Shown: piece by piece, positions 1-8,534 of the stretch
How the letters are laid out: every line of letters begins with the position of its first letter
Position numbering within the stretch: position 1 is the stretch's first letter
Assembly (NCBI GenBank): GCA_965246885.1
Contig: CBDFFV010000001.1
Coordinates: 8,364 to 72,363, forward strand
Source of the DNA: Abditibacterium sp.
Lineage (GTDB): Bacteria; Armatimonadota; Abditibacteriia; Abditibacteriales; Abditibacteriaceae
DNA: 64,000 nt
Direction: 5' to 3'
Made by a program: the position numbers and the translations under genes
The notes under the pieces: generated by a model
What the model was told of the DNA's origin: nothing
What the model saw: the letters and a program-made list of their open reading frames with translations, nothing else
Databases searched by the model: none

Positions 1-378
1 TTTGGCCAAGTCGTGGTCGAAGCGATGATGGCGGCCAAACCCGTGGTGGCAACCAATGGCGGCGGCATCCCGGAAATTGTCCTCGACGGCGACACGGGTT
101 TGCTCGTGCCAATGGACGACGCCCCCGCAATGGCGCGCGCCATCGAATACATCCTGAGCGACCCGGCGATGGCCCGCCAGATGGGGGAACGCGGCATCGT
201 GCGCGCGCGGGAATACTTCTCCATCACCCGCACGAGTAGCAAAATCGCGCGCGTCTACGACCACCTGCTCTTGCAAGAAGCGGAGAAAAAGCGCCGGATA
301 CGGGCCCTCGCATGGGTGGCGATGGGCTTTGCGGTGGCCAGTCTCGTGCTTTCCAAGAGCCAGCGCGACGCAAAATAA
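1..378 (+). CDS. GT4-family glycosyltransferase, C-terminal part (5' truncated), with C-terminal hydrophobic helix
   Basis: Frame is open from base 1: FGQVVVEAMMAAKPVVATNGGGIPEIVLDGDTGLLV is the GT-B/GT4 EX7E region. Ends in ALAWVAMGFAVASLVL. Confidence 0.85.
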   Translation, partial: FGQVVVEAMMAAKPVVATNGGGIPEIVLDGDTGLLVPMDDAPAMARAIEYILSDPAMARQMGERGIVRAREYFSITRTSSKIARVYDHLLLQEAEKKRRIRALAWVAMGFAVASLVLSKSQRDAK

Positions 379-504
379 ACGTGGGCGCGTCCGAGCGCGC
401 CCGCTTTATTTGCCCCCAATGCCCCACTTTAACGACGGTTCTTACCCCTCGAAACGCATTGGAAAAGAAGGAAGGCCCAAGAGTTGGCAAACTGTTTCCC
501 AACG

Positions 505-2652
505 ATGAGATTTGTCCGTCCCGTTTTTCTGCTCGCGCTTCTTCTGGCGCCGTCGCCTTTGCGCGGGGTGTGGGGGCAAAGCGCCGCGCGCACGATGCGC
601 TCCGAAGGTTACATCCTTGGCCCCGGCGACGTGTTGCGGATCAGCGTGGCTGGCTTTCCCGAATTCTCGCAGGAAACCCTTGCTGTTCCCCCCGATGGCA
701 GCGCTTCGCTTGCGCGCATCGGCACTATCCGCCTGAGCGGTCGCACCCGCGCGGCGGTGCAAGAGGAAGTACGCCAACGACTCATCGCCCGCGTGCGCTT
801 GCGCGATCCGCAAGTCACCGTCACGCTGTTGACCGTCCGGTCGGGCATCATCGGCGACGCTTCACTGAGCGGCGACGTGCCGCGCAGTGGCAACTTCCCG
901 TTGCACGAAAACGAGCGCTTGTCCTCGCTGCTGGCCGAAGCGGGGCTAAACGACCGCTTGGACGAAAAGCGCGCCACCCTGTCGCGCGCAGGCGCTTCCT
1001 ATGCCCTCGACCTGCGCGGCGCCGCGATGCACCCCGGCTCCAAGGCCGACGTTTTGTTGCGCGCGGGCGATGCCATCGCCGTGCGCACCCTCGCCCCGGC
1101 AAAAATCGTCGTTCTGGGTGATGTCGCGCGACCGGGCGTCTACGAGTTGCACCGCCAGCCCCGCCCCGAAGCGTATGAACTGGGGTTGGCGCCCCGGCTG
1201 AGCGACCTTCTTATCCGAGCAGGCGATTTGGCGTTCCCCGGAAGCGGCGCAGGCACCAGTGGCGGCGGCGCAGGCACCGGTGGCGGCGGCGCAGGCACCG
1301 GTGGCGGCGGCGCAGGCACCAGTGGCGGCGGCGCAGGCACCGGTGGCGGCGGAACGACGGGAGCGGTATCCGGGAGCGCGCCCGCCTCCCCCGGCGCGCC
1401 CGTTTCCTACGCCGCTACGCTTCAAAGGGACGGCGCGCGTTTGCCGCTGGACGTCGAAGCGGCGCGGGATGACGTCTTCGGGCCAGCGAACATCTTTTTG
1501 CACGCGGGGGACACCGTTTCCGTGCGGTTGGTGCGCCCCATCACGGTTTATCTGGACGGCGCAACGGCCAAGACCGGCTCTTTTGAATTGGCGCCGGGCG
1601 CGGGCGTGTTGCAACTGCTCGTTCTGGGTGGGCCGCTTTCCCGCGCGCCGGGCGAACTCAAGGCTTCCATCCGGCGCGGCGACACGACCATGCCGTTCGA
1701 CCTCTCCGCCCTCTTGCTATCGAGCGAGTCGAGCGCCAACGTCCGTTTGCAAAACGGCGACATCGTCCAACTGCGCGAACCCGAAACCGTCAGCGTCAGG
1801 GTCGCGGGCGAAGTCGCCAAAACCGGCCCGCTCAAAGTGCGCCCCGGCGCCACCATCCTCGATGCCCTCCTCGCGGCGGGCGGCGTTTCGTCCAGCACGC
1901 CCGTCCAAAGCGCCCGCCTGAGCGTCTTGCGCCAAGAGGGAGACGGCTCGCAGCGCGTCTACGAGGCCAACGCCGCCGGGATTCTGGGGTTGACCGACGT
2001 TTCCACCAACATGGTGCTCCGCGATGGCGACATCATCAACCTCGCGCGCGGCGAAGACCAAACCGTGTTCGTCGCGGGCCAAGTCGCCACTCCCGGCACC
2101 TATCCGCTTGGAACCGGCGATAGCCTCGCGCAACTCATCGTGCGCGCCGGAGGCGCCAAAGACGACGCGGCGCTGACAAGGGTGCGCGTGTCGCGCCGTG
2201 CCACCGATAAAACGCCTGCGACCGAAGTCACCATAGACGCTTACGACGCCGTCAAAACGGGCGCCCCGCTCCCCTTTGCCCTCAAAGCGGGCGACACCAT
2301 CTCCGTTCCCCTTAACACCAATCAAGTGCTGGCGATGCAAGCGTTCGCCAAACCCGGTTACTACGCCATTCCCGAACGCGGCCAACTGACGCTCTTCGAC
2401 TTTCTCGCCAAGGCTCAGGTCGCGCCCGGAGTGCGCCGTTTGTACATCTCGCAAGCGGACGCCAATGGCAAGATTGACCCAAAGACCACGCCCGTGCGCA
2501 CGATCAAGCTCGACGACATCCCGCGTGGGCGCCAACAGAACTTCGCGTTGGAACCGCGCGAGGTCATCTACGCCGAGTCGCCCAAAGGCCCCAAGACAAG
2601 CCCCTTCCAAGTCTTGTCCACGCTGGGCGCGCTCAGCTTTTTGTTTCCGTAA
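505..2652 (+). CDS. Polysaccharide export protein (Poly_export plus multiple SLBB domains, Wza-like)
   Basis: Signal peptide; YILGPGDVLRISV Poly_export motif; repeated V.V.G.V..PG.Y.L...L..AGG SLBB units. ATG at 505 chosen as start. Confidence 0.85.
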   Translation: MRFVRPVFLLALLLAPSPLRGVWGQSAARTMRSEGYILGPGDVLRISVAGFPEFSQETLAVPPDGSASLARIGTIRLSGRTRAAVQEEVRQRLIARVRLRDPQVTVTLLTVRSGIIGDASLSGDVPRSGNFPLHENERLSSLLAEAGLNDRLDEKRATLSRAGASYALDLRGAAMHPGSKADVLLRAGDAIAVRTLAPAKIVVLGDVARPGVYELHRQPRPEAYELGLAPRLSDLLIRAGDLAFPGSGAGTSGGGAGTGGGGAGTGGGGAGTSGGGAGTGGGGTTGAVSGSAPASPGAPVSYAATLQRDGARLPLDVEAARDDVFGPANIFLHAGDTVSVRLVRPITVYLDGATAKTGSFELAPGAGVLQLLVLGGPLSRAPGELKASIRRGDTTMPFDLSALLLSSESSANVRLQNGDIVQLREPETVSVRVAGEVAKTGPLKVRPGATILDALLAAGGVSSSTPVQSARLSVLRQEGDGSQRVYEANAAGILGLTDVSTNMVLRDGDIINLARGEDQTVFVAGQVATPGTYPLGTGDSLAQLIVRAGGAKDDAALTRVRVSRRATDKTPATEVTIDAYDAVKTGAPLPFALKAGDTISVPLNTNQVLAMQAFAKPGYYAIPERGQLTLFDFLAKAQVAPGVRRLYISQADANGKIDPKTTPVRTIKLDDIPRGRQQNFALEPREVIYAESPKGPKTSPFQVLSTLGALSFLFP
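1244..1352 (+). repeat. In-frame 21-bp tandem repeat x5 encoding (GAGT[S/G]GG)n
   Basis: GCGGCGCAGGCACC(A/G)GTGGCG units start at 1244, 1265, 1286, 1307 and 1328. Confidence 0.95.
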
Positions 2653-2667
2653 CCGCTCTTTCCATTC

Positions 2668-4857
2668 ATGTCGCCTTCATCTTCATCCAATAACTCCCCC
2701 CGCTCCAAAGGGGCGCCCGACGGTGGCGCGTCCGAAAATGGCGCACGCCAAGCGCTCGCGCTCTTTGAAGGCGAGCCGCGCGAGGAGGAAGCGGCGACGC
2801 AAAACGGCAAGGGCGGAGCGCTCGAAGTGGCCGACGACGCGGCCATCCGCGACTTTTACGCGCAACTGGTCACGCTTCTCACCCAAGAGAACGCGCCGCC
2901 CCCACCCAAGCCCAGTTCGCGCGGTTCGCTGCGCTTTGCCCTCAAGCGGCGCTGGCTGCCCGCGCTTGTGCTCGCGGCGCTCACGTTTTTGGGGCTGAAT
3001 CACCTGTTGCGGCCCAAGCACATCAACTACACGGCTTCGGCGCAACTGCTGCTCCCGCCGCGTCCGGTGGTGGGCGCTGCCGATCCGCTCGCCCCGCCCG
3101 AAGCCAACTACGACACCGCCGCGCAGGTCGCGCTCATCGGGTCGGAAGAGATCACCCAAAAAGCGATGACGCGCGTGCCCGCCGACCTGCGCCAAGCCGG
3201 GTGGGGCACGAGAGAGGTTTTCCCGCCCGATGTGCAAGTGGCGTCCGCCTCATCCGACAGCAACAGCAGCCTAATCGAAATCTCCGTTCCTTCGGGCGAC
3301 CCCGACGCCTCACAGTTATTGGCGACCGAACTCATCAACGCTTACACGCAGTTCAATCGGCAACGCGGCGCGGAAACGCGCGACGAGAACCTACGGCGTG
3401 CGAAGTCGCGCGTCACGCAAGTGTCGGCGGCGCTCGAACGGGCGCGCCTTGACCGCGCCAATCTGAAAATTCGCTCCGGCGTGGGCGATGCTGGCATGGC
3501 CCAAGGCAGCGCGGCGGCCAACATCCAGCAACTGCAAAACTCTCTCGATGATGCACGCCGAAGCGCCGCCAGCGCGGGCACTTCCGACAGCACTCTCGCC
3601 ACGCTCCGCAACCAATTGCAAACCACCCAAATCGCCTTGCAAACCGTGTTGCGCGATTTCTTCCCCGACTCCGACCGCGCCCGCGCCGCCCAAGCAGACG
3701 TAGACCGCGCTCAACAGGCCGTCACCGCCCGCGAAGCCGAACTGAGGAGCAACGCCGCATCACAAATCGCCCTTCTCGAAGCCTCGTTGCGCGCCGCGCG
3801 CGCCGACGCCCAGCGCCTGCCCGAAGTCGAGCGCGAGCAAAGCCGTCTCAATGACCGCATTGCCAATTTAGAGGGCGCCTTGACCGCCGCCACCGCCCGC
3901 GAAAACCAACTCGTCCAATTGCGCGACGTTATCGCACAACCTGCCAAGGTCATCCGCTCGCCCGAAGTCGGCTCCAACCAAGGCGTTCAAAAACTCCGCG
4001 CCCTGTTCGCGGCATTGTTGGGCGCGCTCGTGGTGGGATTGGTCGGGGCGATACTATTCGACCGGCTCGACAAGAGCGTGCGGGCCACGCCCGACCCCGA
4101 AACCTTGTGGAATGCGCCCGTTGTGGGCGCTTTGCCCAAAGGCACCGACGACGACACGCTGTTTCGTGCCACGCCCGACAAAAGCCGCGCCGGAGCCGGG
4201 GCGCGCACCCAAAACATCGAGGCGTGCTTTACCGCGCAGAGCAACATCCTCGCCCTTGCGGCGCAAGCCGGGGCGCGCTCCATCCTCTTTTCCAGCGCCC
4301 TGCCGGACGAAGGCAAAGCCGCCAGCGCCGCCAATCTCGCCGTCGCGATGGCGTACGGCGGACGCGAAACCCTCCTCATTGACGCCGACTTCCTCAACCC
4401 CACGCAGCATAAAAACTTCTTGTTGCCCCTCTCGCCCGGTTACGCGCACGTTCTGCGCGACCAGATGCCCTTGTCCGAAGCGATTCGCCCCACGAGCGTG
4501 GCGAACCTGTACGTGCTCACCCCCGGACTCGAAGCGGGGCAGGACGCAGGATTGGTGATGAGCCGTTTGGCGGGCGCGCCGCACACCAAGAACCTTGTGC
4601 TACTCAAGAAATACTTCGATGTCATCGTGATCGATGGGCCGCCGACGGACACCCTCGGCGACGCGCAACTTATCGCGCACTTGGCCGATGCCGTCGTGCT
4701 GGTGAGCGCCGAATCCACTCCGCGCGCCGAAGTGCAGCGCGCGCGCTCGATGCTGCGTTTATCGGGGGCGTTCCTGCTGGGCGTGGTCGTCAACCGCGTG
4801 CGGCGCGGCGAGGTGGCCGACTGGGACAAACACTCTGCCGCCGAAGCGGGGAAGTAA
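2668..4857 (+). CDS. Wzc/GumC-like polysaccharide co-polymerase with degenerate BY-kinase domain
   Basis: Two TM helices flank a coiled-coil; C-terminal CpsD-like domain (LLIDAD, VIVIDGPP). Walker A reads DEGKA and there is no Tyr cluster. Confidence 0.8.
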   Translation: MSPSSSSNNSPRSKGAPDGGASENGARQALALFEGEPREEEAATQNGKGGALEVADDAAIRDFYAQLVTLLTQENAPPPPKPSSRGSLRFALKRRWLPALVLAALTFLGLNHLLRPKHINYTASAQLLLPPRPVVGAADPLAPPEANYDTAAQVALIGSEEITQKAMTRVPADLRQAGWGTREVFPPDVQVASASSDSNSSLIEISVPSGDPDASQLLATELINAYTQFNRQRGAETRDENLRRAKSRVTQVSAALERARLDRANLKIRSGVGDAGMAQGSAAANIQQLQNSLDDARRSAASAGTSDSTLATLRNQLQTTQIALQTVLRDFFPDSDRARAAQADVDRAQQAVTAREAELRSNAASQIALLEASLRAARADAQRLPEVEREQSRLNDRIANLEGALTAATARENQLVQLRDVIAQPAKVIRSPEVGSNQGVQKLRALFAALLGALVVGLVGAILFDRLDKSVRATPDPETLWNAPVVGALPKGTDDDTLFRATPDKSRAGAGARTQNIEACFTAQSNILALAAQAGARSILFSSALPDEGKAASAANLAVAMAYGGRETLLIDADFLNPTQHKNFLLPLSPGYAHVLRDQMPLSEAIRPTSVANLYVLTPGLEAGQDAGLVMSRLAGAPHTKNLVLLKKYFDVIVIDGPPTDTLGDAQLIAHLADAVVLVSAESTPRAEVQRARSMLRLSGAFLLGVVVNRVRRGEVADWDKHSAAEAGK

Positions 4858-4860
4858 GGT

Positions 4861-4943
4861 GCTCACCGTGTGGCGGCTCACCGTGTGGCGGCTCACCGAG
4901 TGGCGGCTCACCGAGTGGCGGCTCACCGTGTGGCGGCTCACCG
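4861..4943. repeat. 15-bp tandem repeat x5.5 between convergent genes
   Basis: GCTCACCG(T/A)GTGGCG repeated from 4861; the last partial unit contains the ABC transporter stop codon. Confidence 0.95.
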
Positions 4944-6848
4944 ATACGACTGCGCTTGCGTTTCAAACAGGTTGGCGTAAAGGCCGCCTTGGGCGAGCAG
5001 TTCCTCGTGCGTGCCGCGCGCGACCAAAACGCCTTTATCGAGGACGCAGATCGAGTCGGCCAAGCGCACCGTCGAGAGGCGGTGCGAGATGAGTAGGGCG
5101 GCGCGGCCTTGCACCAATTCGCGGAACGACTCAAACAGTTCGGCTTCGGCGCGCGGATCGAGGGCGCTGGATGGCTCGTCCAAGATCAGCAGTTGCGACG
5201 GGCGTAAAAAGGCGCGCGCGAGGGCGATTTTCTGCCACTGTCCGATGGAAAGCTCCTCGCCACCCGCGAAGTCGCGGCCCAACAAAGTATCCAACCCTTC
5301 GGGCAAGCGGTCGGCAATACGATTGACGCCCGCGCGATACGCTGCTTCTTCGACTTGGCGGCGCGTGAGGGGTGACATTAGTTCGCGCCCTTCGGGAGAA
5401 ACAACGTCGCTGTCTCTGGGGTGCGTGGCGGGCAAGCGCAGGTCGCCCAGCCAGATGTTCTCGGCGAGGGTGAGGGAATAGTGGTTGTAGTCTTGGAAAA
5501 CCGCCGAAATGCCGCGCCGCCACTCGACGGGGTCGCAGTCGCGCGCGTCCACCCCATCGAGCGCGATGCGCCCGGCATCGGGGTCATACAAACGGCAGAG
5601 CAGCTTGACGAGGGTGGTTTTGCCCGACCCGTTCTCGCCCACAAGCGCCACCACTTCGCCCGGAGCAACCGAGAAAGAGATGTCTTTCAGGGCTTGGCGC
5701 TCGGAGTTGGGATAGCCAAAAGAGAGGTTCTCGACCGTCAAGCCGCTCTTCCAGCGCGTGGGCAACGCCTTGGGAACGGCGGGCGCGACGAGCTTGGGTT
5801 GCAAGTCGAGGAACTGATACAACAGAGACAAAAACGTGGTGTCCTCGTGAAGCGACAAGATGGAGCCGAGGGTGCCTTGCATCGAGCCTTGCGCGCGTTG
5901 CACCGCTCCGAAATACATCACCAAGGCGCCCAGCGAGAGGGTGCCCGCGAAGGTTTTCGAGGCGATATACGCGAGGAGCGCGAAGGTGGGCGCGACGACG
6001 AACAGTTGCACGCTCCCGTCGGCCAGCATGCGCCGCCGCGCCACGCGCAAACGTCCGCTTGATAGCCACGCGCGCATGGCGTCGAAGCGGGCGCTGAAAA
6101 AGGGCGCCATGTCGAACAAGCGCACTTCCTTGGCGAAGGGTTCGAGCGTCAGCAGGTAGTTGAAGTACCCCGCGCGGCGCTCGATGGGCGTGCTTTTCAT
6201 CGTCCATTCCCAAAGAATGGACACAAAGCGCAAACGCACGAACAAGCCCGGCAGCACCGACAAGAACAGCACGAACGGCACAATGGGATGGAGCGTGAAC
6301 AGCAAGGCGCCGATGGCGGCGAGCGAAAAGAGGTTTTGCCCCAAGCTGGTCAGCCCGTTCACGATGCGCGTCGGGCGAAAGGGCGCTTCTTCTTGGGCGC
6401 GATGGAGGGAGTTGAAGAACTCGGCGTTCTCGAAATACTCCAAATCCATGCGCGCCGCCTGTTTTTGCACGAGCGCGCTCATGCGCCGCGACACGACCAG
6501 CCCTTGCCCCTCGCTTACGAACGACGAAGCCGTCGAACACAAAGAGGAAAGAAGCGCGACGCCGCCCGCGAGCGCGATGAGTTCGAGGGAAACGTGCCAT
6601 GCCGCTTCGCGCGCGGCACCGGGCAGGAGCGTCGCCCCGTGCGTAACCGCGTCCACGATGCGCCCCAGCAACCACAACGAGGCGAGCGGCAAGATGGCGC
6701 CCGCCGCCACCAAAAGCAGCGACGCCGCCATCCACCCCGGCCCGCTTGACCAAACCAATTGGATGGCGCGTCCCAATAGTGCCAGAGAGCGCACGCGGCT
6801 CCAGATGCGGTGTTTCACAAAAAGAAGTAGTGTGGTCGAAGCACGCAA
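4938..6848 (-). CDS. ABC transporter permease/ATPase (lasso peptide exporter, D protein)
   Basis: N-terminal TM domain; GENGSGKTT, LSIGQWQ, LLILDE, ISHR. Last gene of the lasso cluster. Confidence 0.9.
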   Translation of the reverse strand: MRASTTLLLFVKHRIWSRVRSLALLGRAIQLVWSSGPGWMAASLLLVAAGAILPLASLWLLGRIVDAVTHGATLLPGAAREAAWHVSLELIALAGGVALLSSLCSTASSFVSEGQGLVVSRRMSALVQKQAARMDLEYFENAEFFNSLHRAQEEAPFRPTRIVNGLTSLGQNLFSLAAIGALLFTLHPIVPFVLFLSVLPGLFVRLRFVSILWEWTMKSTPIERRAGYFNYLLTLEPFAKEVRLFDMAPFFSARFDAMRAWLSSGRLRVARRRMLADGSVQLFVVAPTFALLAYIASKTFAGTLSLGALVMYFGAVQRAQGSMQGTLGSILSLHEDTTFLSLLYQFLDLQPKLVAPAVPKALPTRWKSGLTVENLSFGYPNSERQALKDISFSVAPGEVVALVGENGSGKTTLVKLLCRLYDPDAGRIALDGVDARDCDPVEWRRGISAVFQDYNHYSLTLAENIWLGDLRLPATHPRDSDVVSPEGRELMSPLTRRQVEEAAYRAGVNRIADRLPEGLDTLLGRDFAGGEELSIGQWQKIALARAFLRPSQLLILDEPSSALDPRAEAELFESFRELVQGRAALLISHRLSTVRLADSICVLDKGVLVARGTHEELLAQGGLYANLFETQAQSYR

Positions 6849-7844
6849 TTAGCCCCGCGTTTCGCGCACCAGCCGCGTCACGGTTTCGATGGTTTGCGGC
6901 AACAGCGCGAGGTCGCGGCGGCGCGACAGTTCCCAGACATGGCAGTGAGCGGCTAAGGCTGCGCACGCGCGAAAGTGCGCCACGCGCCGCGCGCCAGTCA
7001 AATACAAGTCACTCCAGCGCGCAGCGAAAGTATGGGGGAGCAACTGCCCCAGCGCTTCTCCCGGCGACAGCGCGCGGGCATCTATGTCGGGACGCGCGGG
7101 GTCATCGTGCGAAGCCAACAGGAAAACGTGTCGCAACGGGCGGGCGGCGCTCGCAAGCGGGGCCATGAAGTACTGCTTGTCTACTAACCCCATGCCGTCC
7201 AGTTCGGGCGCCACGCGCGGGAGGGTGTCGGGCGCCGCCCCAACGACAGCGCGCACCGCGTCCGGCACCAATTTCATCGAACCAAATCCCACGCGCGCGA
7301 GCGGCGCTCCCAACGGCGCGTCGGACGCGAAGTCAAGGGCCAGCACATCGTCGCAAAACAAGGGATAACCCGCAAGCGAAAACGCGGCGCCAAGGGTGGA
7401 TTTGCCTTGCCCCTTGTCGGCGGCAAAAGCGCAGGCAACGGGTTGGCCATCGGCGTCAGTCATTTCAACGGCGCCCGCATGGAGCGCCAACCAACCGCGC
7501 GCTTCGAGCAAAAGGGCCAAAACGCTGCCAAGAAGGGGCACGCGCCACGTCGAAGCGGATGTGCCTTCAAGCGGCTCAACCAAAACGCGCGCGTCGCCCT
7601 CGATTTCAAAGCGGCCCACTTGGGCAAAAAGCAGGGAAGAAGAGTTCTCGGAAAAGCTCAAAACGTTCTCGATGGGGGCGTCGGGCGCGTTTCGTGCTTC
7701 AACTTCGGCGAGTGGTAAAGTCCTGCCCACTTCAATCGAAACGTCAGCGCCCCCACTCGCATCGAACGCGGGCAAATCGGGCAAGGCGAACTGCGATTGG
7801 AAGCGCAGGCCGTAAGCGAAGCGGCGGTCAAGCGGCGGGGTCAT
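6849..7844 (-). CDS. HPr-kinase-like lasso peptide kinase (PadeK/ThcoK-like)
   Basis: LHAGAV, P-loop ADKGQGKST and LFCDD motifs; adjacent to precursors ending in Ser. ATG at 7844. Confidence 0.8.
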   Translation of the reverse strand: MTPPLDRRFAYGLRFQSQFALPDLPAFDASGGADVSIEVGRTLPLAEVEARNAPDAPIENVLSFSENSSSLLFAQVGRFEIEGDARVLVEPLEGTSASTWRVPLLGSVLALLLEARGWLALHAGAVEMTDADGQPVACAFAADKGQGKSTLGAAFSLAGYPLFCDDVLALDFASDAPLGAPLARVGFGSMKLVPDAVRAVVGAAPDTLPRVAPELDGMGLVDKQYFMAPLASAARPLRHVFLLASHDDPARPDIDARALSPGEALGQLLPHTFAARWSDLYLTGARRVAHFRACAALAAHCHVWELSRRRDLALLPQTIETVTRLVRETRG

Positions 7845-7860
7845 GGTGGGGTAGGGCACA

Positions 7861-7902
7861 AAAACAAAAAAGGCCCGCAATGGAGCCTTTTGAGTTTTGT
7901 TT
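7861..7902 (-). terminator. Intrinsic terminator downstream of the lasso precursor genes
   Basis: Minus strand reads AAAAGGC-tccattgcgg-GCCTTTT followed by TTGTTTTT. Confidence 0.65.
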
Positions 7903-8002
7903 GCTGCGTATCAGGAAGATTGTGCGGCCAAAGCGCCCTTGTCCGGGCCGGAGTCAGCGATTCGTGGATTGCAGGTCGGTCGTTCTTTGAACGTGGTGTC
8001 TC

Positions 8003-8146
8003 TTACGAGAGGCTCGTATTAATGAGGCTCACGCTGGAGCCAGCGATCAAAGTGCGGTCGAGTTTGCTTCCGTGAGAGTTCTGCTGGGTGATTTGCGCAA
8101 CGGTGCCATGAACGGTCAGTTGCGGGGTTTGGTAGGATTTTTTCAT
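8003..8146 (-). CDS. Lasso peptide precursor A2 (47 aa): [47 protein letters not shown]
   Basis: Hand translation. YxxPxL...G leader motif, Thr at -2, Asp at core position 9, C-terminal Ser. Not in the ORF track. Confidence 0.88.
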   Translation of the reverse strand: MKKSYQTPQLTVHGTVAQITQQNSHGSKLDRTLIAGSSVSLINTSLS

Positions 8147-8232
8147 CTGTTGGCACTTTGAAGTGGGAAGTGGGTAGAGATGATCCGATCCTTTGCTTGT
8201 CCCCTTAGCACCTTGGGAGGCGCCGTCTCAAG

Positions 8233-8370
8233 TTACGAGAACAAGAGGTTCTTTTTGGGAGTGTTCACGGGGAAGGAACGGTCGAGGTTGTCGCCGTCTT
8301 TGTTCCCTTGGGTGATTTGCGCAACGGCGCCGTGAACGGTCAGTTGCGGGGTCTGGTAGGATTTTTTCAT
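8233..8370 (-). CDS. Lasso peptide precursor A1 (45 aa): [45 protein letters not shown]
   Basis: Hand translation. Strong SD (AGGAGGT) upstream; YxxPxL leader, Thr -2, Gly1, Asp9, C-terminal Ser. Not in the ORF track. Confidence 0.92.
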   Translation of the reverse strand: MKKSYQTPQLTVHGAVAQITQGNKDGDNLDRSFPVNTPKKNLLFS

Positions 8371-8463
8371 GTGTTGTCACCTCCTGTTTAAGTGGAATAG
8401 GGTTTGTCCAGCTAACCTCGGCCCGGACAAAAGCACCTAAGCACGTCTCATCTTCCTCTCCAA

Positions 8464-8493
8464 AGCATAGCATACGGTTTGGACGCGGTGCAA
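8464..8493 (-). promoter_or_regulatory. Putative sigma70 promoter for the precursor genes
   Basis: TTGCAC (8493-8488), 18 nt, then TATGCT (8469-8464) with an extended -10 TG; AT-rich UP-like tract upstream. Confidence 0.5.
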
Positions 8494-8534
8494 GCACAAT
8501 TTTTCTTTTAACAGTTAAAGTTATCTACGGGCGC

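Noticed and set aside
8228..8497. 89-aa ORF from the track (and 7797-8075 on +)
   Set aside because: Off-frame or antisense overlaps of the real precursor genes, which have an SD and lasso motifs.
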